Assembly: GCA_035221665.1 (NCBI GenBank)
Contig: CM069133.1
Coordinates: 97,836,001 to 97,900,000, forward strand
Reading direction: 5' to 3'
Length of the DNA stretch: 64,000 bases
Source of the DNA: Okamejei kenojei
Lineage: Eukaryota
Shown here: positions 10,791 through 23,247 of the stretch, piece by piece
Position numbering within the stretch: the first letter of the stretch is position 1
How the letters are laid out: every line of letters starts with the position of its first letter
Translations under genes and position numbers: made by a program
Notes under the pieces: model-generated
The model's database searches: none
What the model was told of the DNA's origin: nothing
The model's input: only the letters and a program-made list of their open reading frames with translations

Positions 10791-13362
10791 CTCCATACAC
10801 GTCCACTGTCCAGTTGTCATAGATTCATGCAAATATATTTTTAATTTCTTTAGATTCCAAGTAATTTTTACTCAATCACAAGCTTTGAAATAGTTTCAAA
10901 ATATGGATGCCTTTGGCGTGCAATGCCCAAATTACTTTCATTATCATCCATTTCACCATAATGTTGTTACATTGCTTATTTTGTTGCCGTTTAATTTCCG
11001 CCTTTCAAAATAACCAGTGTTGTTTCCAAATTTTAACATCATTTTTCATTTCTTTGATTATCCCCCTATATCTTCCAAGTGAAGAAGTGACACTTTTGCA
11101 AACCATTGTTGCCAATACTGTCTAACCAGCTGCTATGGGTGTGGGCAGCGGGTTGGGAATCTGCCGCACCAATTTTTCATTCTTCCCTTTGGAGAATACA
11201 CCTGGTTTCCTAACAAGCTGAAAATGATTCTGAGATCACTATGAAATTAAGTATAACTGAACCATTCTGACAAGTTACATGTAATCCACTTAGCAGAGAT
11301 CCTATCTATAGATTGTAGACTTATAACCAACAGGAAACTTCAGAGTTATGGAAAAAATAACATTTTGTAATGAAGTCACTCTTAATTCCCTTTTCTGTAT
11401 GCTGCAGTTACTTTGATTCATTTTTAAATTTGATGTATAGTTTGTTATATATTTGTATCTTAATTTAATTTGAATAATTTAATCAAATGTATCTCAGATG
11501 ATTACATTTATACTTGGATTGCATTTAATTTAATTAAACTGCATTCATTTCATCTATAGTTAGAAGTTACTGTCAAAGACAGATGTAGACTATTGTAGAC
11601 GACACAAAAATAACAAGATGCAGGTGAAAACCTAGTCGTGTTTGGCAAAAGCTTCTGCAATAAGCTTGAATTAAATTGATTAGTACAGGAGCAAGCTGAA
11701 ATATTAGGAGGAAGAATTTTGGTCTAACCTACATATAGTTCATGTCAAAAAAATGGTTTATGTGAAAAATTTGCAAAAATCTGTCACTCAAACATCCTAA
11801 AGCTTCAGTAAGCATAAAGATTGTTGGTAGTTATTGCAGTTTACTTTCAATAAGACATTCTATGTCACAATTTCTTAACCATCACTTGAGAACGGTCCTG
11901 TCACATGAAAGTGAATACAATCACAGCTCATGACAATTATTACATATATGTGCTATCGCTCGACAAATAACTGAGTTTAATATTTTAAGGAGTTTTTCTG
12001 AACAAAATTGTAAAATAATTCTTATTTGGGCTTACATTCAAATGCCTTAGATTCCATATTCTGAGGAAGTTATTTCTTTTACATATATTGAAATGCATTT
12101 AAATGAAATGGCTTACTCATATCCACATCTGTACTTCCTCCACACTTAGGGCTATGGCAATTCAATTTACTTCCATCCACTGATATCTTCAGATGTGCAG
12201 ATTGTTTGTTGAATCACAAACCGAATCAGATTTGTTCCATGCATCAAATCCTACACTACAATCGAAATGGGAATTCAGAGGATCAATGCTTGTTTTTATG
12301 TTTGGTAGACGCAACATCAAAAATTTAAGCTTAAAGTCTTGTCACATGGAGCTAAAAGAAGGACATAACCTCCTATTCTAACAGTGGTACGAATGGGTCG
12401 ACTTCAAAGAGAGCAGGAAAAAGATCTGACCTTATCATCATGAGGCTCAGATTTCATTACATCATTTGTAAAGTTAAGATCAGTTTTTGTTTGTCTCAAC
12501 ACGCGGGAACCGACAGATGGTCAATGTTTGTTACAAAGTTATTGTAGGGTTTTGCAGCCATGGAAGGGGGAAATCCAAGCGCAGAAACTGTCCACTTGTG
12601 AAATGTAAGGAGTAATTCTGCTCTTTGTGGAGCTCCAAGGTAAGTCAAAGTTATAAGAAAATGATTGAATCTTGTGCCTCCGGGCCTTTTCCGCTTTAGT
12701 CAGCTCATCGACTTCTCAATTTGAGTTTCTGGTACAAAATCAGGCTGGCTTAGAGGTCAAACTGTTAAAAGAACGATCGTGTGTGCACGGAAGGGTAAAG
12801 TTTTGGAGAAAAGAATACAGCCTTGTCTGCTAATCTATCTGGATTTATGTAGTGTTCCTTCTTATGCTCCTTCCTGACTAAACAATCCATGGTAAATACT
12901 AAAATCTACCCAGATTTGCTTACATAGGTAAAGCAGCAGTCATTTTCTAACTTCATAATCCATTTCCATTAACAATATTGTTTACTTAGTAAAAGTGCAC
13001 CTTGTTCGTTACTCAGCTTTGAAATATATTTTACCTTGTACGTTCCATTAAAATCACATATACTATTTGCTGATATGGATGTAGAGTTCCACAAAAACAT
13101 GGGCTAAGAATTCATGCAGCAGCAAGAACATTTTGAAATGGCACCATAATTATTTCTAGTGCTCCATTTCTACAAGTCACAATTGAACTTTCATCCCATC
13201 TATGTAACACCATTTAATTGTTGACTTCTATACAACTGGTTAATTGGGGCCTGGGGGTTTCTGCTAATTCAAACTGTGATATAACCCAAAAGAAAACAGT
13301 TGTTATTTCTATCTCCAAGGAAATTACAGTATAAAATAACTTCAATAATTCACTTTGGTATC

Positions 13363-13377
13363 GGTGCCCTCCAGTGG
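13363..13377 (-). promoter_or_regulatory. Candidate CTCF site
   Basis: CCACTGGAGGGCACC has one mismatch to the CCASYAGRKGGCRS consensus and lies in unique AT-rich DNA. Confidence 0.4.
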
Positions 13378-13561
13378 TTCCTACAAGGGCCACAAATTAC
13401 ATCATTGAAGACATGGGTTAACTCAGAGGAATGTGCATAATGCAAGCTCCCAAAAGTTTGACGATAAATTAATTCTGTGGGAGCCCAGGGAAACATTTAT
13501 TTTCTTTGTGAGGGGCAGCACATCATTGGATTGGGTTTATTCTGTCCGATTACAATCCTTC

Positions 13562-13710
13562 AAGAAGGAACTGCAGATGCTGGAAAATCGAAAGTAGACA
13601 AAATTGCTGGAGAAACTTAGCGGGTGCGGCAGCATCTATGGAGCGAAGGAAATAGGCAACGTTTCGGGCCAAAACCCTTCTTCAGACTGATGCCTTCGCT
13701 CCATAGATGC
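13562..13710 (-). mobile_element. Penelope-like element terminal repeat fragment with partial fold-back
   Basis: Belongs to the AAGGAACTGCAGATGCTGG...GTAGACAAAA.TGCTGGAG repeat family. 13632-13649 is inverted at 13693-13710. Confidence 0.7.
13658..13685 (-). ncRNA. Minimal type I hammerhead ribozyme-like core
   Basis: CUGAAGA-A-GGGUUUUGGCCC-GAAAC-GUU has the conserved core boxes, a stem II and a palindromic AACGUU stem III. Stem I pairing is weak. Confidence 0.55.
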
Positions 13711-14928
13711 CATTACAATCTTTGATGCTTTTCATAACTATTGTATACCATTGAGGAGTACTGTTTTATAAAATAAGGGAGGATGGAGTGTGGCAATTAG
13801 TTGAAGGGTTGCTTACCTATATTTAATCTGGTCCTATGAGATTACATGGGATCAGGAATCAATGTTGTCAACTCTTAAGATCCCTCTTTCCTGATTGTGA
13901 AGCACTCCACCTTCACAACAGTGATTGTGCCCTGCCCAGCACACAGAGGAAAGGGAATGATGGCCTAACCTGTCAGGCTGGTGCATGGCCCATCTGTTGG
14001 GCAGTTTACTAATCTCAGCACGTGAGTGAATAAGGTCCTGTAAAATGGATTGGTTTGTATGTGCCCTGATTGAATCCTGATCCATTATCCTAGGTGGTCC
14101 GTGTAATGTTGTTCTTAACAGGTTTTTTTCAAAAGGTTAATGCATTTGTGCGACTTGATAGATCATGTCAAAGGGAAATTTAGAATAAACCATACAGGTA
14201 TGGATCTTAATTTCAGATTAAGTTGGAACAGCAGATTGCTTTCCCTTTAGGATATTAATTAACCAGATGAGTTTTTAATAGTAGTCCAGTAGTTTTGTCC
14301 TCTTCATTTGTAAAATTTGCAATTATATATAGAGATTAACTTGGTCTATGTCTGACCATATGAACATTGCCTGTAAATTTTACCATGACTTTCTTAATCA
14401 ATTGTGATATTTCATTTTGCTTTTTACAAATGAAGAACAAAAGCCTTTTTTAATTACATTTATTATTCCTTTGTTTATTACGTTGGTTTAATCTTTGTAA
14501 TTAAACACATCACCAAAATATAGGTAATAATCTGAAAGCACTTGTGAACATGCTTTGATCAATTTTGCAGTCAAGTTGCCCATGCTATTAATGAAACACA
14601 TGGTTGTATAGAAACATATGGAATGCTGCATGAATTATATGTACAGATTCATTAAACCATATCTGTACTGTAAAGTATGTATGCTCAGTGGGTTCTTAAC
14701 CTTTAATGAAGTCCACTGTAATGTGTACAGATGTTTATGTGTGAGAGAGTGTGTGCAGTTTAATCAATGATTCTTGCAAAATGGCTCTGGAATTTACAAA
14801 CGGCAAAGCAGCAGCCCAGAGAGCAGCTCGTTACATAGAGTCTTAGGGCAACAAATCAGTCCTGTATCTCTCTAACCCTTTCTTATAACATGACATTGTC
14901 CTTTGAAGCAACATATATTGCTCATCAC

Positions 14929-16310
14929 TAGAGCCAGGATTTTGCCATAAATGCCATGTGCCTTTTCATGCCTTTTTTGATGATTTCACCAAGAATGCAT
15001 TTGCATGATCGAGTGCCCTTTTTTGCCGTTTGGCTAAAGGTCGTGCTATGTTCTCTAGTTGTACTGTGATTACAATGACGTTTTCTATGTTAACACATTA
15101 ATATTAATGTTATTATTAACGTGTTAACATAGTTTAACTTACAAGAAAACTTCCACCATCGGGGCGCCACCATTCATTCGATCGTGCCGCTGCCCGCTGG
15201 TTCAGTCTTCTCCAAGATCTATTTAAGAAAGAACTGCAGATGCTGGATAAGATCGAAGGTAGACAAAAAATGCTGGAGAAACTCAGCAGGTGAGGCATCA
15301 TCTATGGAGAGAAGGAATAGGCGACGTTTCGTGTCGAGACCTTTCTTCAGACTGGGGCGGGCCTGGGAAAAAGAAAGCAAGATGCAAAGACAGTAGGACT
15401 AGAACAAGCGCTGGGAAGGGGGGGAGGAGGGAGAAGACAAGGGCCATCTAAAATTAGAGAAATCAATGGAGATACCACTGGTGTGTAGACTACCCAAGCA
15501 AAATACCCAAGCATGTCTCCTCACTACATTTAGTGCTGACTCCAGTCGCAAATCTGAGTTTTCGAGTGATCTGTGCAAGGCATTCATTGATGCTGGAATT
15601 CCACTGTGGAAATTGGAAAACAAATCTCAGAGGTTTTTTAGAAAAAATACACAGAGTAACATAGACCAAGCGAGTCATCATTACAGAAAAATTATGTTGA
15701 CAGCAACTTGAACATTGTTGTGCAGAAAATTAGAGATGAAGTGCATGCAGCAAAATATGGATCTCAATAGACGATGCCTTGGGGAATTATGTTGCAAATG
15801 TGGTCATTGGTACACTGGAGGCAGGTCAAAGGAGTATTTGTTGACATCGGAAGTATTGGAGAAGTCAAACAGCTCAACTATTGCTCAGTTGTTTACATCT
15901 TCACTTGCTGTACTTTGGCCAGAAGGTATAAAACACGAGAATGTTCTTCTGTTTGTGACTTAAAGTTTTATTCCCCAAAATGTTGCATTTGACATGCTTA
16001 GCTCAAGGACTTCATAGAATTGCCAAGCACATCCGTAGCTTGTTTCAAAATGTCGATCGCCCAGTTTCCAATGTCGGCACAGTTTAACACTAGATAATTT
16101 GAAAACTGCTAGTAATTATGTGCAACCAGGCATCTTTGGTCATTTAATGTAGTAAACCTTTACATTAGCATTTAAAACCATATTTTGGTGATGAAAATAA
16201 ATGCCTTTTTTCGTCAATAAATACCTTTTTCGTGCCTTTTTTTGTAATTTTATTATGCCTTTTTGCCTGCTCATTCCAGTGTTTTTTAGTGCCTAAACAT
16301 TCTGGCTCAA
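14929..16310 (+). mobile_element. Decayed hAT transposon with a CGGBP1/hAT19-like transposase remnant
   Basis: TIR TAGAGCCAGGAT / ATTCTGGCTCAA (10/12) and degenerate 8-bp TSD CTCATCAC / GTCATGAC. Peptides across frames: [65 protein letters not shown]. Confidence 0.8.
15226..15510 (-). mobile_element. Penelope-like 3' fragment nested in the hAT element
   Basis: GIY-YIG tail FCLGSLHTSGISIDFSNF and a degenerate hammerhead core at 15323-15350. Confidence 0.7.
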
Positions 16311-16344
16311 GTCATGACTAGTCCAACCGTGGCCTGCGGACATA

Positions 16345-17232
16345 TCATCAAGAGCTTGCAGTCTCAGGAGAGGCCGAGTCGGGAAGCTCCAATGACGCTC
16401 ATCATGTACATTAGTGAGACCAAGTATAGGCTCAGCCACCCACCGCCAAACATTAGCACTATGACCACCAAGGCCTGCTGGATCCCCTGATTGTTAACCA
16501 TTTTAACTTCCCTTGCCATTCCTCTTCTGTGTCCTGGGTCACCTCCATTGCCAGAGTGAGGCCACACGCAAACTGGAGAAACACGATCCTCATATTTTGC
16601 TTGGGTAGTTTGCAACCCAACGGTTTAAACATTTTAAAAACAAAGAATTGCAGATACTGGTTTGTACCAAAGATAACGTCTGAAGAAAGGTTCTGACCCA
16701 AAACATCACATATTCCCTTTTCTTGAGAGATGCTGCCTGACCCACTATTTTCTGTCTATCTCCGGTATGAACACTATTCTCCAACTTTTGGTAACCTCTA
16801 TAAAGCACCCCCTCCCTTTCTCCCCCATAAACCTGCTCCCTTTCTTTTCCTTCTTCCCCTTTCTGGAGCCCTGGCTGCCCTGCACAAATCTCTCACCCTC
16901 ACTTTCACCTACATTCCTAAACAGTTTACAACTCGTCAATCCTCTAGTTTCACAATTTACAACTCTCTAATCCTTTCATCTCACAGCTTGTGTGTGTGTG
17001 TGTTCATCTCTGCTTTTGTCCAGCCAGATGCCTATCAAAAACTTCCCTCATCTATGTTCACCTGTAACCTGCCATGCTTTTTCCCACCCCTCCACTCTTC
17101 AATTTTTTTTTCTTCCTACCACTGCAAATAGTCTGAAGTGTCACCTATCCATGTTCTCTCGGGATGCTATCTGACCCACTGAGTTACTCCAGCACTGTGA
17201 ATTTCCTTGGTAAAACAGCATCTGCAGTTCTT
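16345..17232 (+). mobile_element. Penelope-like remnants (GIY-YIG C-terminus and terminal repeats)
   Basis: NHFNFPCHS..LHCQSEATRKLE..IFCLGSLQPNGLN at about 16495-16630. Terminal-repeat pieces lie at 16645-16745 and 17130-17232. Confidence 0.7.
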
Positions 17233-17544
17233 GTTTTTATGTTTTAAGTTAACTTACCTGGCAGAATATTGATAAGATTTCTAACGCAAGGACTCTCAAC
17301 CCATTTATTCTCTTTTGAGGTCAATAGTGATATAATCAAGCATTGATATAAATTTACCCCTGATAGATCTTAAAAGAATTGTTAAAATACCTCTGTTTGT
17401 TTAAAAAAATCATCTAAAAGAACCTGTCCAAATATAAATATAAGCTACAACATAAATTGATATAGATTTGTAGATCCAATTTGAATCTAAAGCATTCTCT
17501 TTCTCCCAAAGATATTGAAAAACAGAACTCACCGCAACATACAA

Positions 17545-18215
17545 CTGAACATAGAACAATACAGCAAGCGTTTGGGCTCTTTGGCCCCCAATGTTTGCAC
17601 TGAATATGATACCAAGTTAAACTGATCTCATCTGCCTGTACATGATCCTTATCCCTCTATTCCCTGCACTTCCATGTGTCTCTAAAAGCCTCTTAAACTC
17701 CTCTGTGATATCTGCCTCCACCACCACCCCTGGCAATGCGTTCTTGCCCCCCGCTACTCTATGTGTAATAAACTTGCACAGCTCATCTCCATTAAACTTT
17801 CCCCCTCTGATCTTATGTCATCTAGTGTTGGACATTTCCACCCTGGGAAAAAGATTGTGTCTATCTACCCCCTCATAATTTTATATACCTCCTCCAACAT
17901 TCCAGAGAAAACAATCTAACTTCTCCCTGTAGCTGAAACCCTCTAATCCAGGAAGCATTCTGGTAGATTAATTTTGTGGACTTTCCTTCCAATGTTCAGT
18001 AAATGGACGCATCCAGCTTAATTGATTATGACTATGAGTTCACAATGCTTGCAGGGAGGCAACGAGGCAAGAAATTATTTTATGCTCAACTGTAGAAACT
18101 TAGAAACATAGAAAAATAGGCGCAGGGGTAGGCCATTCGGCCCTTCGAGCCAGCACTGCCATTCAATATGATCTTGGCTGCTCAGTTAAAATCAGTACCC
18201 CGTTCCTGCTTTCAA
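17545..18215 (-). mobile_element. Two CR1 3' fragments (about 17545-17970 and 18093-18215)
   Basis: CR1 3' UTR and tail motifs. Confidence 0.7.
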
Positions 18216-19299
18216 TCTTGTACTATGCAAAGGAAATTATGTAAAAGATATGTTATTTTTAGCAACTGAGTACTTGTTGTAACAAGGAAATAATCAATTA
18301 TTTGTTTTAACATGAAGAGAAGAAAAAGTAAAGCGCAAAAGTAGTATATAGAAGAGGTAGACACCAGACGTGCGGAAAAAAATCATATTTTGTTTATGAA
18401 ATCTAGATCAAATTACTAATATTTGGCATTCTGTAATGTCAGGCTGAAATTTTGACATGATGCATTCTGCTTTATGCTGACTGGTACATGTTTAGCTTGT
18501 TAAAAAAACTCAGAATGTCTCCACTTTAAAATCTAAGCGCAATTCATGTAATGTAAATAGGTATAATCCTTTTATTTGAGACTCATTAATAGGGAGCCAG
18601 GAAAACAGGAAATGAATGCAGTCAGGAAATTACATTTTATAGGGTTCTGTATGGTTTGAATTTGTATGCAATTGCATAAATACGAGTAGCACATACCAGC
18701 TTCCAGATAAAATGAAACCTTCAGTATGTAATTTAATTCTTTCACCATAACACAAATAAAATCTTAACAAAACATTACAGTACAAATAAAATGATTCAGT
18801 TGGGATCTGTCTTGCAGATATGATTTAAGAGAGTCAATGCAATACAAAAATCTATATTAATCCTCCATAACTAATGTCAGTTCCATAAAACTGTACAGAT
18901 TGATTATTTGATAAAAGGAGAAAGACACATTTGTGTATGTCTACTATCATATTTTCTGTTCAGCATCTTAAAATAAACTAAAGACTGTTTGACATTGTAG
19001 ATCAGGCCTTATCTGTGGATAGAGATTTAAAATGGGATGGTTATGCATCAACTATGCAGGGCAGTGGTGAGACCACCTTTCAAATCTAAACATTTGTCTC
19101 CCTTTATTAAAGAAGAATATTAATGTCCTAGTAATATTTACCAGGTTAACGGAGACACAAGAGACTGCAGATGCTGTAATCTGGAGCAAAGAGCAAACTG
19201 CAGGAGGAATTTTGCAGTTTAAAAAAAAACAGACTACTGCATGCAATGGGCTAATGAAAAGTGGTCAGACAGGCAGTATCCGTAGCTCGTATCAACTGC

Positions 19300-19650
19300 A
19301 GTTCAGAAGAGCAAGAGTAGACTTTATTAAAACTTATAACATCTTGAGAAATCTTCAGTGGTATATCTGGAAAGGTCATTTCCTGTTGAAACACAATTGA
19401 TAGCTAGGGCTCACCATTTAAGACAGAGATGATACAAAAAAAAATATTTCATATGATCTTGAGTCTTTGGAATTTTCTTCCTCAAAGTGCAATGAAAGTA
19501 GACTCTTTGTCAATGACCGATACTTGATAAAGCAAAGTTATCACAGGTAGGGGGAATGCAGAGTTGAGCTGAATATCTGATTAGCCATGATCCTTTTTAA
19601 CAGAGAAGCAAATTTGAGTTGAAAAGACCTACTTCTAATTCTATTTCATA
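19300..19650 (+). mobile_element. Ancient CR1 3' remnant
   Basis: FRRARVDFIKTYNILR and gattagccatgatc motifs. Confidence 0.55.
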
Positions 19651-19849
19651 TGTTTATACGTTTCACATCAATGGGAAATGTCATCAGAATAGGAGTTTAA
19701 GTGACCCAGGTCTTGAGGCAGGCAAAGGAAGGACAGATCCAAAGAAAAGGTTATGATGTGCTGGATGGCAAATATTTTGAATGATATATGTATATTTTTT
19801 ATATTGCTGCAAATAAAGAAATAAAACCACAGAGGAGCCAAGAGGATAT

Positions 19850-21907
19850 GTCAAGTCAAAGTCAAAAGAGTTTATTGTCATGTGTCCCTGACAGGACAAT
19901 GAAATTCTTTCTTTGCATAGCACAACAGAACATAGTAGGCATTGACTACAATTATATACTTAAATACACACATTAATTAATAAATTAATAAAGTGCAAAT
20001 AACAGATGGAGGGGCATTAATGTTCAGAGTTTTGTCCGAACCAGGTTTAATAGCCTGATGGCTGTGGGGAAGTAGCTATGCCTGAACCGGGTCGTTGCAG
20101 TTCTCAGGCTCCTGTACCTTCTACCCGAAGGTAGCAGGGAGATGAGTGTGTGGCCAGGGTGGTGTGGGTCCTTGTTGATGCTGCCAGCCTATTTCAGGCA
20201 GCGACTGTGGTAGATCCCCTCGATGGAAGGAAGGTCAGAGCCGATGATGGACTGGGCAGTGTTTACTACTTTTTGTAGTCTTTTCCTCTCCAGGGCACTC
20301 AAGTTGCCGAACCAAGCCATGATGCAACCGGTCAGCAAGCTCTCTACTGTGCACCTGTAGACGTTAGAGAAAGTCCTCCTTGACAGACCAACTCTCCGTA
20401 ATCTTTTCAGGAAGTAGAGGCGCTGATGAGCTTTCTTAATAATTGCATCTGTGTTCTCGGACCAGGAAAGATCTTCAGAGATGAGCACACCCAGGAATTT
20501 GAAGCTCTTGACCCTTTGAACCATCGACCCATTGATATAAACAGGACTGTGGGTCCCCATCCTACTCCTTCCAAAGTCCACAATCAGTTCCTTGATTTTG
20601 CTGGTTATAGTGCTGGCACCATATGGACAGTCGCTCGATCTCTCTTCTGTACTCCGACTCATCCCCATCAGTGATACGTCCCAAAACAGTGGTGTCGTCA
20701 GCAAACTTGATGATGGAGTTCGCACTATGACCGGCTACGCAGTCATGAGTATAGAGTGAGTACAGCAGGAGGCTGAGCACGCAGCCTTGAGGTGCTCCTG
20801 TGCTGATTGTTATCGAGTCTGACACATTTCCACCAATACGAACAGACTGTGGTCTGTGAATGAGGAAGTCGAGGATCCAATTGCAGAGGGATGCGCATAG
20901 ACACAGTTCTGCGAGTTTGGTAACCAGCTTGGAGGGGATGATTGTGTTAAATGCCAAGCTGCAGTCAATGAATAACAGCCTGACATATGAGTTTTTGTTG
21001 TCCAAGTGGTCCAGAGCGGAATGGAGGGCCAGCGAGATCGCGTCCACCGTTGATCTGCTGTGACGGTAAGCGAACTGCAGTGGTTCCAGGTTTTTGTTGA
21101 GGTAGGAGTTGATTTGCGCCATGGTCAACCTCTCGAAGCACTTCATCACCACAGGCGTTAGTGCCACAGGTCGATACTCATTGAGGCACGTCACCTTGCT
21201 CTTCTTGTGCACCGGTATTATTGATGCCCTTTCGAGGCAGGTGGGAACCTCAGACCTCAGAAGTGACAGGTTGAAAATGTCCGTAAAAACTCCAGCCAGT
21301 TGGTCCGCACAGGTTTTTAGAACACGACCAGGTATGCCATCAGGTCCAGACGCTTTTCGAGGGTTCACCCCTCTGAAGGATTTCCTGACGTCGGCCTCTG
21401 TGACTGAGACTGAAATACCATCACAGCGAATGGGGGCTCGGGAAGGCACATCGGTGTTCTCCCTATCAAAGCGTGCGTAAAACACATTGAGCTCATCAGG
21501 GAGTGATCTATCGCCAACATCCGAGCTGCCTCCTGGTTTCGCCTCGTAGGAGGTGATTGCATTCAGTCCCTGCCACAGCTGCCGAACATCTGTCTCATCC
21601 TCCAGTTTGGAGCAGAACTCCCTTTTGGCCTTTTTGATGGCCTTACCAAGGTCGTATCAGGACTTTGTGTAGACCACTGTATCATCAGACATGAATGCCC
21701 GGTGTCTGGTCTTCAGAAGAGTACGGATCTCACAGTTCATCCAAGGTTTCTGATTAGGAAACACTCGGAAGGTTTTTGTAGGGATGCAGTCCTCCACACA
21801 TTTCTTAATGAAGTCTGTAACAACTGTGGCGTATTCATTCAAGTCCGTTGCCGAGTCCTTGAACATTGCCCAGTCTACAGACTCCAAACAGTCCCGTAGT
21901 TGTTCCT

Positions 21908-21949
<42 letters not shown>

Positions 21950-23152
21950 ACCGACCAGCTCTGTACTGTCCTCACCTCTCTGGGTGCGCTCTTTAATTGC
22001 TGCCTGTAGGCAGGGAGAAGCAGCACCATGGTATGGTCGGATTTACCGAAGTGAGGGCGAGGGATAGAGTGGTAAGCATTCTTGATGGTGGTGTAGCAGT
22101 GGTCGAGGGTGTTTGGTCCTCTGGTGCAGCAGGAGACATGTTGGTGGAAGTTAGGGAGCGATTTCTTGAGGTTTGCCTTATTGAAGTCCCCAGCAATGGT
22201 GGTAAAAGCCTCGGGGTAAGACGTCTGGTGTTTATTGACCACGGCGTGCAGCTCCTCCAGTGCCAGACGGTCATCTGCCTGGGGTGGGATGTAGACCGCG
22301 GTCAGGATGATGGAGGTGGTAGAAGGGACGGCACTTCACCGCCAGATGTTCGAGGTGCGGAGAGCAGGAGTTGGACAGGACTGCCACGTCTGAGCACCAC
22401 GCAGAGTTGACCATGAGGCAGACGCCCCCTCCTCTCCCTTTCCCCGATGCCAGTGTACGGTCCATGCGGTGGATGGAGAATCCTTCAGGCTGGACCGCTG
22501 AGTCTGGGGAGCTGGGGGTGAGCCATGTCTCCGTGAAACAGAACACAGAGCATTCCCTCAGCTCCCTTTGATAAAGCAGTCTTGCCCTTAAGTCCTCCAA
22601 TTTATTTTCAAGGGACTGTACATTGGCCAGTAGGATAGTAGGGACTGCGCTTCAGTCTGACCTAAAGTCTTGCCCGCCGGCCACGTTTCCGGACTCAATG
22701 GAGGCTTCCCCTTTGTTTCCAGTTACTGGGTTGACTGTACCTGCTGTTTCTGCGGACCTGCACTGGAACGGGAATTCCCTCACAGACGGCAGCTCCAGCT
22801 CCGTAACGAACGGGGGTTCCCTCAGAGTCAGCAGCTCCAGCTTCATTTTCCCTGGGATATCCAGCCCGTCGGCTCTGGAGGTCATCCCGGGGTTTCCAGG
22901 TGCCGTACCTGGGATCCTCAGTCGGGTCGGGAGTTTCACAGCCGGCGTGGGAAAGTTTAAAGCCGGCGGGGCTCCCACAGCTGCGGGAGATCGCAAAATT
23001 GCCAGCGCTTTCAGCTGCCCAAGCAGCCTGTCTGAAACAGCACAGATTACTGCCGTTTCCCTGATGCAGGTAAGTTGTTGAGAGTTGTAGATGAGCCTTT
23101 TATGTTCCGGAGCTCCGCAAAAGTCGCCGCTGGCAGGCGCCATCTTGAAAAC
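19850..23152 (-). mobile_element. Near-full-length Rex1/Babar LINE (APE plus RT), frameshifted
   Basis: APE motifs (FCFTETWL, IAGDFN, TLDHCY, SDH) and RT motifs (PQGCVLS, IIKFADDT). (TTGAC)-like tail and a candidate TSD GGATAT (19844-19849 / 23153-23158). Confidence 0.92.
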
Positions 23153-23247
23153 GGATATTTAAATGAGAAAGCAGAATTGTTACCAGCAACTGGTTTATGG
23201 AAGAAAATAGGCAGTAAATATTATCTTGAACTTATCCATAAAACCAT

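Noticed and set aside
13840-14110. Possible ancient SINE (LF-SINE-like)
   Set aside because: It is GC-richer than its flanks, but no diagnostic motif could be matched with confidence.
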